DNA of 64,000 bases from Vicugna vicugna (lineage: Eukaryota). Below, piece after piece: positions 26,336-39,389 of this stretch. The stretch spans positions 5,769,050-5,833,049 of the forward strand of contig MU058781.1 of the NCBI GenBank assembly GCA_013265495.1, in the 5' to 3' direction. Both the position numbers and the translations under genes were made by a program. Positions within the stretch are counted from its first letter, which is position 1. Every line of letters starts with the position of its first letter. The notes below the pieces were generated by a model. That model was not told the origin of the DNA. It made no database searches and worked only from the letters and a program-made list of their open reading frames with translations.

Positions 26336-29300
26336 AATGTTAGCTGTACAGTTCTTAATGCTGCCTGTTTCCCATCTCCTGACTAAAGACCCTCCATCTC
26401 CCCTGAGAGGTCCCGATGGGCAGAGCTCATGAAACGGAGAATTCCAGCACTTCAGTCACTTGTGAATATCAGAAGGTATCGATCCGCGTCCTCTGGAGAC
26501 CTTCTCAGGCGGGCGCCGGCAGGTTATTTCTCTTCTCCTTTCTCTCTGCTTCTTTCAGTCTCAGCTACTACATCCTGTGTCCCCGGGAGCACGGTGGGTA
26601 AAAATCAATCTCTGCTTGATCTTTCACAGGCCAACGCTTTAAGGTGGACGGGCTTTTTATACCCAGTTTGAAGCTCCTGAAAACTACGCAGCAAGGGCTC
26701 GGAAGCATTAGATTTCCGCTTCTCCACATCACGAGAACAGAGTCCCTAAAAGCGATGCTTCCTCCAAACTACTCCACTGAACAGGCAACACTGTTTTCTT
26801 TAAGGAACAAACTGCAAGGAGAAACTACTGAAAAACCATTCCCCACAGTCCATTTGATGTTTGATTTATCTGATAAACAAGCCAATAATTGCCTAAAAAG
26901 TAACCTCACAATACTGGTGCCAGGAAGCCAATCTTCTTTATGAAAGTCAACAGTGGTTTTAAGGGAATACTGAAGTTAAAAATCAGAATGCTGATTTATT
27001 CATTTGCAACAATAATCATCATCACAGTAATAATAATTATGATTATTATTGTTACTATTTCCACATGACTCTGAGGGTCTCTGGGTGATGCTGGCTTTTG
27101 CCCACAGCCACACAAAAAAAATGCCTTTGCTGTGTGAACAGTCCAGGAATCAAATATGAAAGCACCACTCAAAGAATTTCCCTGTAAACCATTTTAATTC
27201 ATGGGGTTAATAAAGTCTTCTGAAATGTTAGTAACATCTCTTCATGTGTCAGCCTCAGCGTTCAGGACAAAAAGTAAAACAAATGATAAAGCATCATGTT
27301 TTATAACACATTACTCTGGTCAATGGCGTGTCAGCTATAAAGCATAAACTTCTACCGAGGCAAGCACATTGGCTGACTATAAAATAGCCCACTGGGCCCA
27401 ATTTCCATGAAAAGATGCCAACCCCATTAAGTGTACATAATCTACAAATGAATCCAAGCGCTATCAGAGCTGGTAAGTGCATGAATCTAGGCTGGCAGGG
27501 GGCTGGGGGGAGGTGTCTAGAAAGAGAGGAAGGATTTTTCATGACACTGAAAACTAAGAGCAGTTTACACAAGATTTAAGTTGAATAACAAGAATACAGC
27601 TTTCATGTGTCTCTAGGCATCTGGAAATCTGTAAACTTGAGCCGGTCATAAAACATAAATCCGTTACACTTAACGACATACTCTACACTCAGCATTTCAT
27701 GCTTTTGCATCCGGATGTAATAAGTCCAACATGCTCTTCTGCTTTTGCTTGGATTGAGTAAAAGTATTCAGATGGTACCATGTTTCTTGTGGGGTCTTAA
27801 AGAGGTGGCTTCAAGGGTTCCCCCTTAATGATTTTTGTTGGCATCTTAGAACACTTGGCTGTCCCTAAGTACCCTCCTGCAGTACTGGACTAACTTCTAC
27901 CTAGCTGACTTCTCATAACAGCATCAGAGGTACTTATGAGAAAATATAAGTTGTCTTTCATATGTTTTGACAGTCAATGCGCAGTAGGAACCTGAGAATA
28001 CTGAACTGAAATGCTTCACTCTTATATAGTTCTCTACGGTCCCAAAAGTGCTTTCTTTCACAGTGCTGTCGGCTTCTGTGTATTAAACCACAGCGTTACT
28101 GTTCAATTTCTGTAAAACCCTTTCAAAGGTATTAGTCAACTGCAGAGCATTTAACATAAAGGTGATCTGGAATCCATGAGGACAATTTGGGGGAAACTGA
28201 CTGCAGACTGGGGATGGCAGAAAGATCATGGCATCAAAATTAGTCTCATAGTTTTGACAGTAAAGAAACACCATCAAGAGATACAACAAAATATATAAAC
28301 TTAAAACTAAAAGGAAATGTTTCTTACAGGGGCTTCAGTACTGTTTTAAACAGAAGGGAGCGATCATCAAACATCACTGCTATTCACTAAATTTTAACTA
28401 CACAAGCATCAAAATATGGACCTGCAAGTACAAATCAGAATTAACAGCTGAAACAGTTTCTTAACATTGCAGGGGTGCCCCTGCATGTTCAGGGTTGGGT
28501 GGGAGGGAAGTATTCCTTTTAATATGGGAGCACTTCGCCCTGACAGTCTAACTAGGACAAGCTTACAGTCCTAGGCTTTCTATTTCTCCCTCCTCACAGC
28601 ACCAGTAACGTCTGTGATCATTGTCAGAGGCTCTGCTAAAGGCAGAAAATTTTACTTGTATATGGAGAGTAAGTTGCCTAAGAAGGAGCAATTCTAAGAC
28701 CAGGGTTCTACCTTTTTGTTTGACAACTTGATGCTAAAAGAATACATCTGTGCACACGTTACACGTACATACAGATCTGAAATAAAGAAGGTTTGTAATC
28801 TGCAAATGGGCTCCATGGAGCAAGTAACAGGTTCATCAGGTATCTGTAAAAGCAAATATAAAATCCACCAATTGTGTCGCTGTGTTGACAAACTATCAGA
28901 CGCCCAGAACTTTTATGTTAACAAGGCACTTTGCTTCAATCTGTCAGATTTTTCCCTTTATGTGTGGAACGCACACAAAAAAGAGAATTAGAAACTTCAG
29001 AGTTCTTTAACCTTTACGAACCAACACAGTAATTATATTGCAAGATATCTGACAGCCCAGGGTAATATAAGAATTCCTTTTTCCCCCTACTTCCTTTAAA
29101 TAGTTCTCAAATTTTTCTACAACTGAAATACTGCTTGCACAAAAGATTTTCATAGCCACCAATCCTACTGAAGATAAATTGGGAGATAAAATAAAACCAC
29201 TATTTCAATTCACAAGAATATTTGAGGCACCTCCAAAGGAAATGTTTCTCAACACATAAAGGCAGTATTAAATTTTTAAGAGCGAGACTATCATCCAAAT

Positions 29301-29387
29301 GAAGGCAGAGAAAAAACATAAGTTAACTTGACAGGCACATACTGATAGAGCAGAGATAAATGTTATCTGTGGGTTACATGCCTCATA

Positions 29388-29510
29388 CAGGCAGTTCTCA
29401 ATTTATGAATGAGGTGTGTACATAAAGTTCATTTGTAAGTCAGTTGTTTGGAACTCCAAACTCATTTTCTCAGAGAAACGATGTTATAAATAGGGCTTGA
29501 TTTTGTAGGA
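29388..29510. mobile_element. TcMar-Tigger end fragment
   Basis: TA + caggcagttctcaatttatgaatg...aagttcatttgtaagtcagttgtttggaactc...agaaacgatgttataaat. Confidence 0.55.
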
Positions 29511-29599
29511 AGGCAAACAAGAGCTATTAAGCCCATAATGTAGACAAATTCTAGTAGTGACAGCTCTCAAGCTAGCTGTTTGTGTTCAACAAACCGGCT

Positions 29600-29850
29600 T
29601 CCCTGACATAGAGGCTGACATTCCCCAGCTTTACTTGCAGTTAGGTATGTCCATGTGACTAAATTCCGGACAGGGGAACGTGAAGGAGAACCAGGTATGC
29701 CACATCCACTAACAAACCTCTGATGAGGACAGTCACTCTCTCTTTCCCCAACTGCTGGCCAAATGGCTGCAGAAGATCCTTAAGGTCTCCCAGTGACCCC
29801 AGGGAATGGCTGAGCCATGAGATGGAAGGACTCCTGCATCCACCCTGCAT
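29600..29850 (+). mobile_element. Old ERVL/MaLR LTR fragment (LTR16/MLT1-like)
   Basis: ttccccagctttacttgcagttaggtatgtccatgtgactaaattc...gagccatgagatggaagga. Confidence 0.55.
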
Positions 29851-31629
29851 AATCCACTGAGTTGGTCTGTCTCCAAACTAAATGGCCCCCCCACCACTGA
29901 GATTTTATAATGCTTTGAGTTTTTCTAGTTTTTCTCTGTCCTTCACTGTGGTCCCTACATTTAACACTAGAGAGCCTTCTTACTCCTTTTAATCTACTTG
30001 GGGAACTGGATAAATAAACTTGTTAAATCATTAACCTTACTTTGCCTGTCCTTCTAAGCCAATAGGGCGCTAGGTAGGTATCTCAGGGCCTCATCTACAG
30101 GGTCAAGTGCAGGATTTCTGGTCTGTCATTTTTCTCTTTGCTGAGAAGGCTTTTTCCTATTATTTCCCAATTTCGTAGTAGGTTAGAGCCGCAGAAGTAT
30201 GTGTGCTGGAAAACAAGAAAACTAGGATGGTATCATTTCTGTGACAAAATTTACAGAAGTGGCATCACGTGAATTTTGTTAAAAGCAGCCTGGCTGGCAG
30301 TCATCGGATTTAGCAGAGGTCTTCTAAGGTCCCTGAAGATCTCCGGCCCTCTCTCAGTCAACATTTCAAGTTACGTTAACAACTGAGCTCTTAGCCCCTC
30401 TTTGATACCAATCAGTGATTCTCTCATCCATTCATTCAGTTTACTTTGAATGGGAAAAGGGAAGAGGGAGACCAAGGAAAGATGAGGGTGAGGAAAGGAA
30501 AGAATCTGTAACCATCCCCCACCTCTTGCTCTGTAAATACCTCCCTTATTTCATAATTGAGTCCTTACAGGGTACAATAAAACTCTAGTGTAAATTTAAA
30601 CAGGTTTTGTCCAACCCTAAAACTTGGCTTTATAGCCTTGCTCCTTCCACCGCAGTTTTCTGGCACTTTCCAGACTCATCTCTACGCTGCATCTCTGAAG
30701 GGCCCACTGGGTTAAGCAGTCACGCACTTAAGAAATACTGAATTAACCTGTTTGATTATGTGTGTAATGGATGGTGGGACAGGTTTCCCAGTCCTTACGG
30801 AACCCTGCTGATGGTTACAGAGCAGGCATTCTTCCTGCCTTCAGCTTGCAACTTTTTTGGGGAACGAGCTCAGAATGGTTCCCCGAGGTCAGCATGCGAC
30901 TCCCACTTCTGCAGCCAAAAGGAAACCAGGCACCCCCTGTGGTAAAAGCACTCAAAAGCTTCAGCTGCTCTTGGGAAGGAAGGAAGACTGACTGGCGTAT
31001 ATGAGGCTGTGGAACCATTGACTACAATTACAAGTTTGAAGTATGTTCCCTATGAAAAAATGCTGTGAAGTCCATACACCATTTAAAAAGGACGTAAGAA
31101 GATTCTTTACCCTGCCAGTCTGAACACACGTGTTTCCACAGCGGGGCCATAAAGGGGGCCAAGGAGTCACTTTCCAGAGTTTCTCTCAAATGGGCGACAT
31201 GACACCAAACACGTCAAAAAAGACATCGCGCCTGAAGACTAGGAGCGCGCACTAAGCACACAGCCTACTTTTCCTGCTTCTTCTCCTGTCAAGCTCACTG
31301 GGCCTGTGTGGTATTTTAGCTTTCATGTTTGGGACCTCGGGGACCCAGGGACCTCTACCTCGGCAGAGTTACAGGGGCACGTGCGGGCTTTTCCTGAGGA
31401 AAAATGGTGATTCACTAGAGAGGCTTTTGTGTGAGTTGAGTCTGAATGGTAGGCGTGACATCTTTCTCAAGCAGAGAGAGAAATGCCAGCATTTAGTTGT
31501 CAGGTCTCTAACGCTGTTCATGGATGGCTGTTGTCAAAAATACAGAAATCCCCCCTTCTTTTTATTTGGAGGACGGGGAACCCTTTGGTGGGTCTGACCT
31601 CAGTCCACCTCAAGCCATGGACTTCCCTG

Positions 31630-32510
31630 CTCCATGTCTCACTGTAGGCAGACATTGTGTTTATACTCTTTTTAATCCTCTTTATTTACCTAGAATAAAT
31701 AATTCTCCAATGTAGGCACTCACATAGCTGCTGAATGATTTCAATTAGGGACACCAGTACCGCCTGTCTGTATGCTTGACCCGGGAACCATCACCATTGA
31801 CAACCCTTCCTTCATGCTCATTCATCAGTCACTGTGGTCTATGATTCTACCTCCTCAAACGCTTTTGCATACGTTGCTTACTCTCTCTTTTCTGACTCCC
31901 TACCCTCCCCAACCCAGGCCTCAAAGGAATAGGCTCTCATTACCTATTTCTAACCCTTAAACCACCGACCTCCATCTTTCCCAACTCCAGCCACCCTGGG
32001 TACCCCGTCACCAATTGATATATATCCTGTCACTGAGCCACTTCCTTGAGCAAGACCTTGTACCCCTGCATCACTCGCCCTACAAACTTCAAACTCGTCT
32101 GCCAGGTCTTCATGATCCTCTACGCTCTGTCTTCCCCAAAGCTATCCAGTTTTCTTTCACACTGATCCCCAGCAAAAATGCACATATCACTCAGCCAGCC
32201 TCCCAAAACATATCCCACACAGGCCACCTGCATCCCTCTCTCATGCCTTTGTCCTGCTGTCCCTGTACCTAGAACAACCTGTCCGTGTGCCCCACCCATC
32301 ATCTCTACCCCTCCTTTCAAGGTGCAAATTAGGTTTTCCTTCTGTATGAAACTCCTGCTGACCGAGCCAATCCCCAGCATCTCTCATTCCCCCCAACACC
32401 CACTCAGCCCAGAGCTGACCCCTCCATTGCACGTTCTAACCTGTACAGTCACATATGGCTTTGCACTTGGCTTCCTGTGGATTGGGACTGCATCCTCAAC
32501 TAGATTTCAT
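31630..32510 (+). mobile_element. L2 remnants
   Basis: Pyrimidine-rich L2 motifs: attctacctcctcaaac, tcttcatgatcc, cctttcaaggtgcaaattagg, ctgtatgaaactcctg. Confidence 0.55.
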
Positions 32511-32514
32511 AAAG

Positions 32515-33790
32515 ACAATACTAGATTTACAGAGAGTTGCAAAAATAGTAGTATTCTCTTGGACCCTCCATGCGGCTTCTTCTTAAGTCAACATCTTCCA
32601 TGACTGAAGAACAATGGTCAAAAGACCTAGAATTGCCAAAATATTACTGAAGAAAAAGAAGGAGGCAGAGGAATAACTCTCCCAGACTTCAGACAATACT
32701 ACAGAGCTACGTCATCAAAGCAGCATGGTATTGGTACAAAAACAGACATGTGGACAAATGGAACAAAATAGAGAGCCCAGAAATGAACCCACAAACTTTT
32801 GGTCAACTAATCTTCAACAAAAGAGGCAAGAATATACAATGGAATAAAGACAGTCTCTTCAGCAAATGGTGTTGGGAAAACTGGACAGCAGCATGTAAAT
32901 CAATGAAGCTAGAACACTCCCTTACACCATACGCAAAAGATAAACTCAAAATGGATCAAAGACTTAAACATAAGACAAGATACAATAAAGAACAATGGTC
33001 AAAGCTAGGAAATGAACCTTGGTCAACACTTAACTAAACCACAGAATGGACCAGGGCATCACCAGTGCTTCCACTGATGTCCTTTCTCTGTCTCAGGATC
33101 CCATCTCAGATTTCACCTTGCATTTAGCTGCCAGGTCTTTTCAGTTTCTTCCAGTCTAGCCATTCCAATCTAGACTGGCCGTTCCTCAGTCTTTCCTTTT
33201 CTTTGAAGAACCTTGACACTTTTGAGCAGTACTAGTTTGACAGGGCTTGACTGATATTTTCTCTTGATGAGAGTGAGATTATACGTTACTAGGAAGGACC
33301 ACAGAGGTGGTGTGCCCTTCTTAGCACTTCATATGATGGGGCACATGATGATGCCAATATGTATTACTGGTGGCGTTCACCCTGATCACTTAGTTAAGGT
33401 GACGTCTGCCAGGATTTACTAAATTACTAAATAATTTGTAATTACTAAATGACGGTAATTAATACCAGTAATTACTAAGTATTTTGGAAGGAGAATACTT
33501 CAAAACTCTACAAATATCCTGTTTCTGCTTAAACTTTTGCCCATTGATTCTAGCATTCATCAGTGGAACTTTCCTGTGGCAATCATTACTATGGGTTCTA
33601 ACGATGCTTATTCTGATGGTCTAATGTATTAATTGGAATTCTTCTGTAAGGAAGTTGTCTTTTTTTGCCTTATTTATTCATGTATTTACAGCAGTATGGA
33701 CTCATGATTATTTATTTTATTCTTTGGGTTATAATCCAATATTTGTTTTATTATTCAAGTTGTTCTAACACTCTGCTAGGTTTTGTACCA
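32515..33790 (-). mobile_element. Old L1MC/MD-like 3'UTR, interrupted at 32623-32987 by a young L1 fragment
   Basis: tagatttacagagagttgcaaaaatagta, ccactgatgtcctttctctgtctcaggatccc, ccttgcatttagctg, gatcacttagttaaggtg. Confidence 0.7.
32623..32987 (+). mobile_element. Young L1 ORF2 internal fragment (365 bp) with 16-bp TSD, no 3'UTR or poly(A)
   Basis: Translates to [23 protein letters not shown]...[11 protein letters not shown] (L1 ORF2, C-terminal to RT). Flanked by aagaacaatggtcaaa at 32607-32622 and 32988-33003. Confidence 0.92.
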
Positions 33791-33884
33791 CTTCAGAGCA
33801 GACATGACCATGTCTTGTACTTCTTACACATGGTCCGTTGTGTCTAAGACAATGATTAGTGCACAGCAGACGTCTGATTCATAG

Positions 33885-34020
33885 ATGGATTCACTCATTC
33901 ATTTATTCATTCAACAAACTATGTTTAGCGCCTTGTTTTAGGCGCCAGAGTGACAATAAATAAAACAGCTCCTCTTTTCAAGCAGTTTATGGCCTTGTTA
34001 ACAGAGATTCACGTGAACAG
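33885..34020 (-). mobile_element. L2 3' end
   Basis: ttcactcattcatttattcattcaacaaactatgtttagcgcc. Confidence 0.7.
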
Positions 34021-34053
34021 CTATGAGTCTCTGATAAAAGTATTTGGAAAGTA

Positions 34054-34473
34054 CAAGTACCCCCCACTTTTCAACAGTTCGCATTATGACAGCTCGCTTT
34101 TACGAGAGACCTACATTAGCACCTGTTTTTGCTAACGGAAAGAAATCCAAAGAGGATTAGAGCTTTTAAGAAAACAGGCAAAAAACGAGAACAGTTTCGC
34201 AGTGGCTTTTGCAGCAGCTGTTACAGAGCCGCGTGCGCCCCCAGCAGCAAGAGCGGCCCCACCAAGCTCCTTCCTGGGAACCGCATTCGGCATCTCAGCC
34301 TCCAGACGCCAGAGCTCTGAACTGTGTCCTCGAGCATCTGTGCTTTGTCTCGATTTACTTTGTGCAGCCGTTAGCAAGATGTGTCCTAAGGTCATTGCTT
34401 CTTTGCTTTCAGCCATTTCGACTTACAAAAGGTTTCCTAGGAACGCTCTACTTTCAGAGATGGGGGAAACCTG
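34054..34473. mobile_element. Non-autonomous TcMar-Tigger-type DNA transposon (~420 bp) with TA TSD
   Basis: TA|caagtacccccc... at left and ...gggggaaacctg|TA at right: imperfect terminal inverted repeats plus TA duplication. Confidence 0.75.
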
Positions 34474-36169
34474 TATACTAAATTTTACCTGGAGAAGAAA
34501 AGGGAGGGTGATGGGTAGGTAGGAAAGACTTTCTTAAGAAAAACAGTATTTTACCCCCTTTTTTACTCCATTGCTCACCCTATAAAAAGCGTGTGGGCAC
34601 ATAAAACATCTAGAGACGAATACTATCACACAGTTAACAGGTACACCATGCCTCTGTATCTTCTAAACTAATTTCTAAAATCAAACCTCAAGGGCACACT
34701 TTTGGGGAAGATTTAATGTAGTAAACATAGACTCTTTATATAGTGACTTTGTGCTTTACTAGAAAAATTGCAAACACTTAAGGTAAAAAAATTCTGAGAA
34801 GCCATTTGTCTTAACCCAGTTTTCAAATCCAATTTCATAGTTTTTATTCCTTTACAGGGAATAATGAAGAGCAAATAAGAAGCATCATCAATCAAAGACG
34901 GACTAAGTTTCTTTACTTAATTCAATTTTCTTGCACCGCTTCTACTGTATTTTCCGAACAGAGCTGTTCTTTTCCACATGTGATACTTCTGCCCTGCAAA
35001 CACTCCCAGGAATAATAAACAAACAACCGGGGCACATTTTCTGCCACAAATTACACTCTGCAACATTTTTTCTCCAAAGCATTTTGAATTCCAAGCAAGC
35101 AGAGACACGTCTGCATTGCAAGACCTGCACACAACAGAGAAAGTGTGTTTTTAGACACTTATTGACACTTAAACCTGTTAATATTTAACTCCTACTATTG
35201 TTCTAAAGGATGAATAAGCAAACTCTCCTGCACACGATGTTACATCACACACTTTAATTATAATAGTAAATGCTGCCAAAAGGAACTTTACTTTCACTAT
35301 TTTATATCACCCTGTTTAATTAATGTCAATGTGTCTTTTCTATGTTAGGGTGTATATAACAGATGCACATACGGGCTGTGTCTATGGATACCCACACAAA
35401 TGCACATTAATTCATGAGTGCAACACACAAATACACTCACATTCATCCAGATTCGCCCCCATGTTAGTATCCGCTCATAAACATAGCTTGTTCTACCCTG
35501 CAACATGCACACGAATACCCACAAACAGCATCTAATCCATTTGATTTCCTTTCATTCACTTTTGTAGGAGATTAAGATAAAATGCTAAAAAAAAAAAAAA
35601 AGCCAAGTAGACACTTCATGGAGTCTGTGATTAAGAGACAGAGAAGCTAATGAGACAGATGGGCTGCAACATAAAGGGAATTTCAGCATGCCCGCCCACA
35701 CTTTGGAGAGATTCACTGTGCTTCACCTTTTCCATTGCAAAGTCTCCATCTTTTAGCATCCCGCTTACCTGACTCTAGTTGCTTGTATAGACTCCCTCCT
35801 ATTTCTGCCCAAATCTCCTGAAATGAGGATTATTAAATAAAACACGACAACATTCTTTTTCTTTCGTCTGTCATTCCAGGTTTACTCAGAGGCAATATTT
35901 ACTATAAAATCATGTGGTTTCTAGCTCAACAGAGAGTGGACAACTGTTAGCAGACCTCACTGGAAAATTTTCAGAAAAATCCCATAAACAGAGAAGAATT
36001 TCTGGGCCAGAAAAAAATAAGGAGCAGGAAAATAATTCAGATATATTTTAAAATTCTTCACAATAGATTTTTCCTCTATGTGACTGGTCCTCTAAGTTAT
36101 TCTCCCAGGTGACCACTGTTCATAAGTGATTCTCAGTACTATAAAAACTGCATATTTACAAAAATAACA

Positions 36170-36372
36170 TATGTAGAGGGCCTTACAACCCATAGAATAT
36201 TTTAATGCATTCTAAGACTTGATCCTCACAGCACCCCTGGTAGATAGATATAATTATCTCTATATTCTAGATTTTTTCAAAAAACTCAGATTTTAAATGA
36301 TTTCCCCAAGATCACAAAGCAAATAAATTGTATAACTGAAATTCAAAACTAGAATTTCTGATACCAAATCTT
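36170..36372 (-). mobile_element. MIR SINE
   Basis: tttgatcctcacagcacccct...cccaagatcacaaagc...gaaattcaaaactagaatttctgatacc. Confidence 0.55.
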
Positions 36373-39337
36373 ATTTTTTTCATGAATTTTATTTAATTTT
36401 CCTTGAATTCATTTTCAGTTCCATCTTATAAAAGTAGAAAACTCTATGAACTCTGTTCATTACATAAAGATTTTATGTGCTTTTAAATGAAACTATATAT
36501 TTAAAATTTTTTCCCTATTTATATATTTAAAGCTCTCTCTTTTCTGGTTAAATTAAAATGCCAGGTTTCTTTTAGCATCTGCTTCCTTTACTCCTTGGAA
36601 TCTCCCTTTTGAGAGATTTGACGTCCCATTATCTCAGGATCTGATTATTTCTACTGTGTTGGCAAATCTTCACCTTTTTTTTTTAAACTGCTATTGTGTA
36701 CATCACTCAGTATTTTTCAGTTTTATCCACTATGACTTCCATGTTCTTATTCTAGTATTTATCTCAATGGTTACTCCCATTCCAGAAAACCTAAAGAATT
36801 CTACACTTTAATTCAAGCGCATTTGTTTACCAGGTACATTTCTTGCATCTTTCTTCCCAGTCATTGTTATTTCCAAGATCTCTGAATTAAACAGAAGGGT
36901 TGTCCTTTCTGATCTGGAAGTTTATCCTGCCCGAGCCATTCAAGAGGTGCTTTAACATGACGACTTCTTAGTATAATGTGTTCTGATGTCATAAATACTG
37001 AACCATGATATCCTATGCGACGGGCAAAGAAGGAGGTGGTTCTAAAAGACAGATCAATTGATGTGCCGACACAGCTTCCTCATTAGACTACGGGGAAAAG
37101 AGAGGAAAAAAAAAAATCACAAGATTATAGCCCAGTGGGACATCAGGAAAGCCCCCTCTCTGGGTGTGTGCAGGAGATTCTTGACCGTGGTCACCATCAA
37201 GCTTCTGGAACTGAAGTCTACATTGTGTAATTGGGAGAGATAATCCCACTTCGGGGCATAACATCCTCCCTTCCTGTTGCCCAACTCTACTTTCCCGGTT
37301 CTTCTAATTGGATTATTTTGGAATCTGCTATTTCTGTCTCACTCCTTTCCCCAAACTGTCATACAAGTACTGCAGCTTGACTCTCACACAGCTGCCAAAT
37401 TTCACTCCCAAGACGGCTGTATTTCAGTGGCAAGTGGAGTGATGCTCTCTGTGCCATCTGAGTACTAGCTTAAGGCGTTAGGCATTTGGAAGAGGTTGCC
37501 TTTGTTCAGGAAAGAAGTGTTTTGTTTTGTTTCATTTTGTTTCACCATCATCACTGGAGGGGCAGGTCACCTGCTGCCCCTGAACATGAGGGAGGAAACA
37601 AACCAAAAAAAACACTCGACGCATATACACAAATGTGTGGACAGAATGTAAACAGTGACTGGGACTCGTCACAGGTTCTTTCCTACAGGGACTTCAAAGC
37701 CTTAAGACACCAAGGATGTAAGATGATGACCATATTCAGAAGAGGAACAAGCATCAGAGAGTAACGCACTCCTGTTAGAGCTGTAAAACCTGGAGGCACA
37801 GAGTGAGTAAGTACCTTGTTCAAAGCTCTCCTGATCCCCAGACACAGGGCGTTCCACTTGAACCTGGGGTCAGCCACGGATGTACTTAGAGGATCACACC
37901 TGTGCCAGTGGAACCAAACATAGCCCCAGCTTCTACAGCATGTGCTCTCAGTACTCAATCTCTTGTTTTGTTTGGTTGCATTTATTTATTTTAGACACTC
38001 AAGTAAATCTCCGCAGAAAAAGAAGGAAGTGTGAAGTAGCTGGGAAAAACAACAGAGTAAAAGTAGTAGTAATAGATGCTTTAACTGTGCGCCAGGCCAG
38101 GAAATGTCCTAGAGGTTTCTATGTCTATAATCCTCCCAGTGACCTGCTGTCTTCAAGAAAAGAAAAATGACAGATAAAAAAGGAGGAGTAAACAGGAGAT
38201 AGAATAAATTGCTAAGTCATGGAAACTACCTTCCCAAATTTTACTCACTTAGTGAAAACCTAAATAAATATCAATGACATATATTTCCCTCTTAATCTCA
38301 AGAGGTACTCTTTCTTCATGCTGTTTAGCATCCAGAGGTGTTGAGTCTCGTTTCTTGCTAACTCAAAAAAAAGGTACCTTACTCCCAGGAAGTTCTGCGT
38401 ATCATTTCTAAATCTTACCGTGACAGTAATCTTTCGGTAATCAGTGAGCGGTCACTAGTTCACTATTTGAACCCTGGTGAAATGAAAAGCACTAATGACA
38501 CCTGAGGGGTCTTGCATCGGGAGCAGCGGGAAGGGGGACAAAATGATTTTCACACTCGTTCTACCTCTAAAGACGACGACACCAAAAGCTGTAAATACGT
38601 AACATTCTAGAATTTAGAAAACATCTTTAAATGCTTTCATCTCATTCGATAAACTCTAAGAGAAAAAAAGAGAGTGATTTGAGAAGCACCACGGAATACT
38701 GACACTTTGATATTTCCACTTCTCGTCATCGCTGCTCACACTTCGCACGGTACAGTTTGCCAACACACAGAGCAGCCTCGGTGTATTAGAAGGGAGGAAA
38801 TTTCTGCAGTGTGCCTGCCCCAGCGTCCCAGCACGGGGAGACAAAGCAGTAGACTTTGGGATCAACCATTTTCTCATGTGTCTGACCCCGTCAGATGACA
38901 AATATTCTACCTTATTTCATGAAAGGGAAAAGTACTCTGTGAATGTTTGCACATTGACACAGCAAATTATATAACGTGTAAGACTTGTCAAAGAATAAAA
39001 TGCTTTATACAGAAGTCTTGTAAAGTATGTCAGGCCCTCTAAATACACTCCAAAATAGTTTTGAAATCTATGCCTACGTATAAAACACTATGTACCCTTA
39101 AGCCTTTGTCTGTACCATTTTCATTTTGCCATGAAAAACATCAAATGTCTCAAAATAATACCTTCCCCCAAACTGGCTATGAGGTTTGGAGGCTACCTCC
39201 AGACTAAAGGAACTGGAGTGGCCAAGGGAAGAACATATTTAGGGTAGTTTTTGAGATGATCTCTATGTTAAAGATTTAATGAGTATCAGTAGGGTTTTTT
39301 TAATCATGGAAAGGTGCACTGTAAATCCCGAAATACC

Positions 39338-39340
<3 letters not shown>

Positions 39341-39377
<37 letters not shown>

Positions 39378-39389
39378 ATGTGTGTGTGT
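39341..39389. repeat. (TG)17 + interrupted TG microsatellite
   Basis: Directly visible. Confidence 0.95.

Noticed and set aside
32750..33037. 95-aa ORF resembling a real protein
   Set aside because: It is an L1 ORF2 fragment that frameshifts and runs into flanking DNA, not a host gene
33415..33482. Repeated aattactaa units
   Set aside because: Short AT-rich slippage within an old L1; no regular repeat-spacer structure, not CRISPR-like
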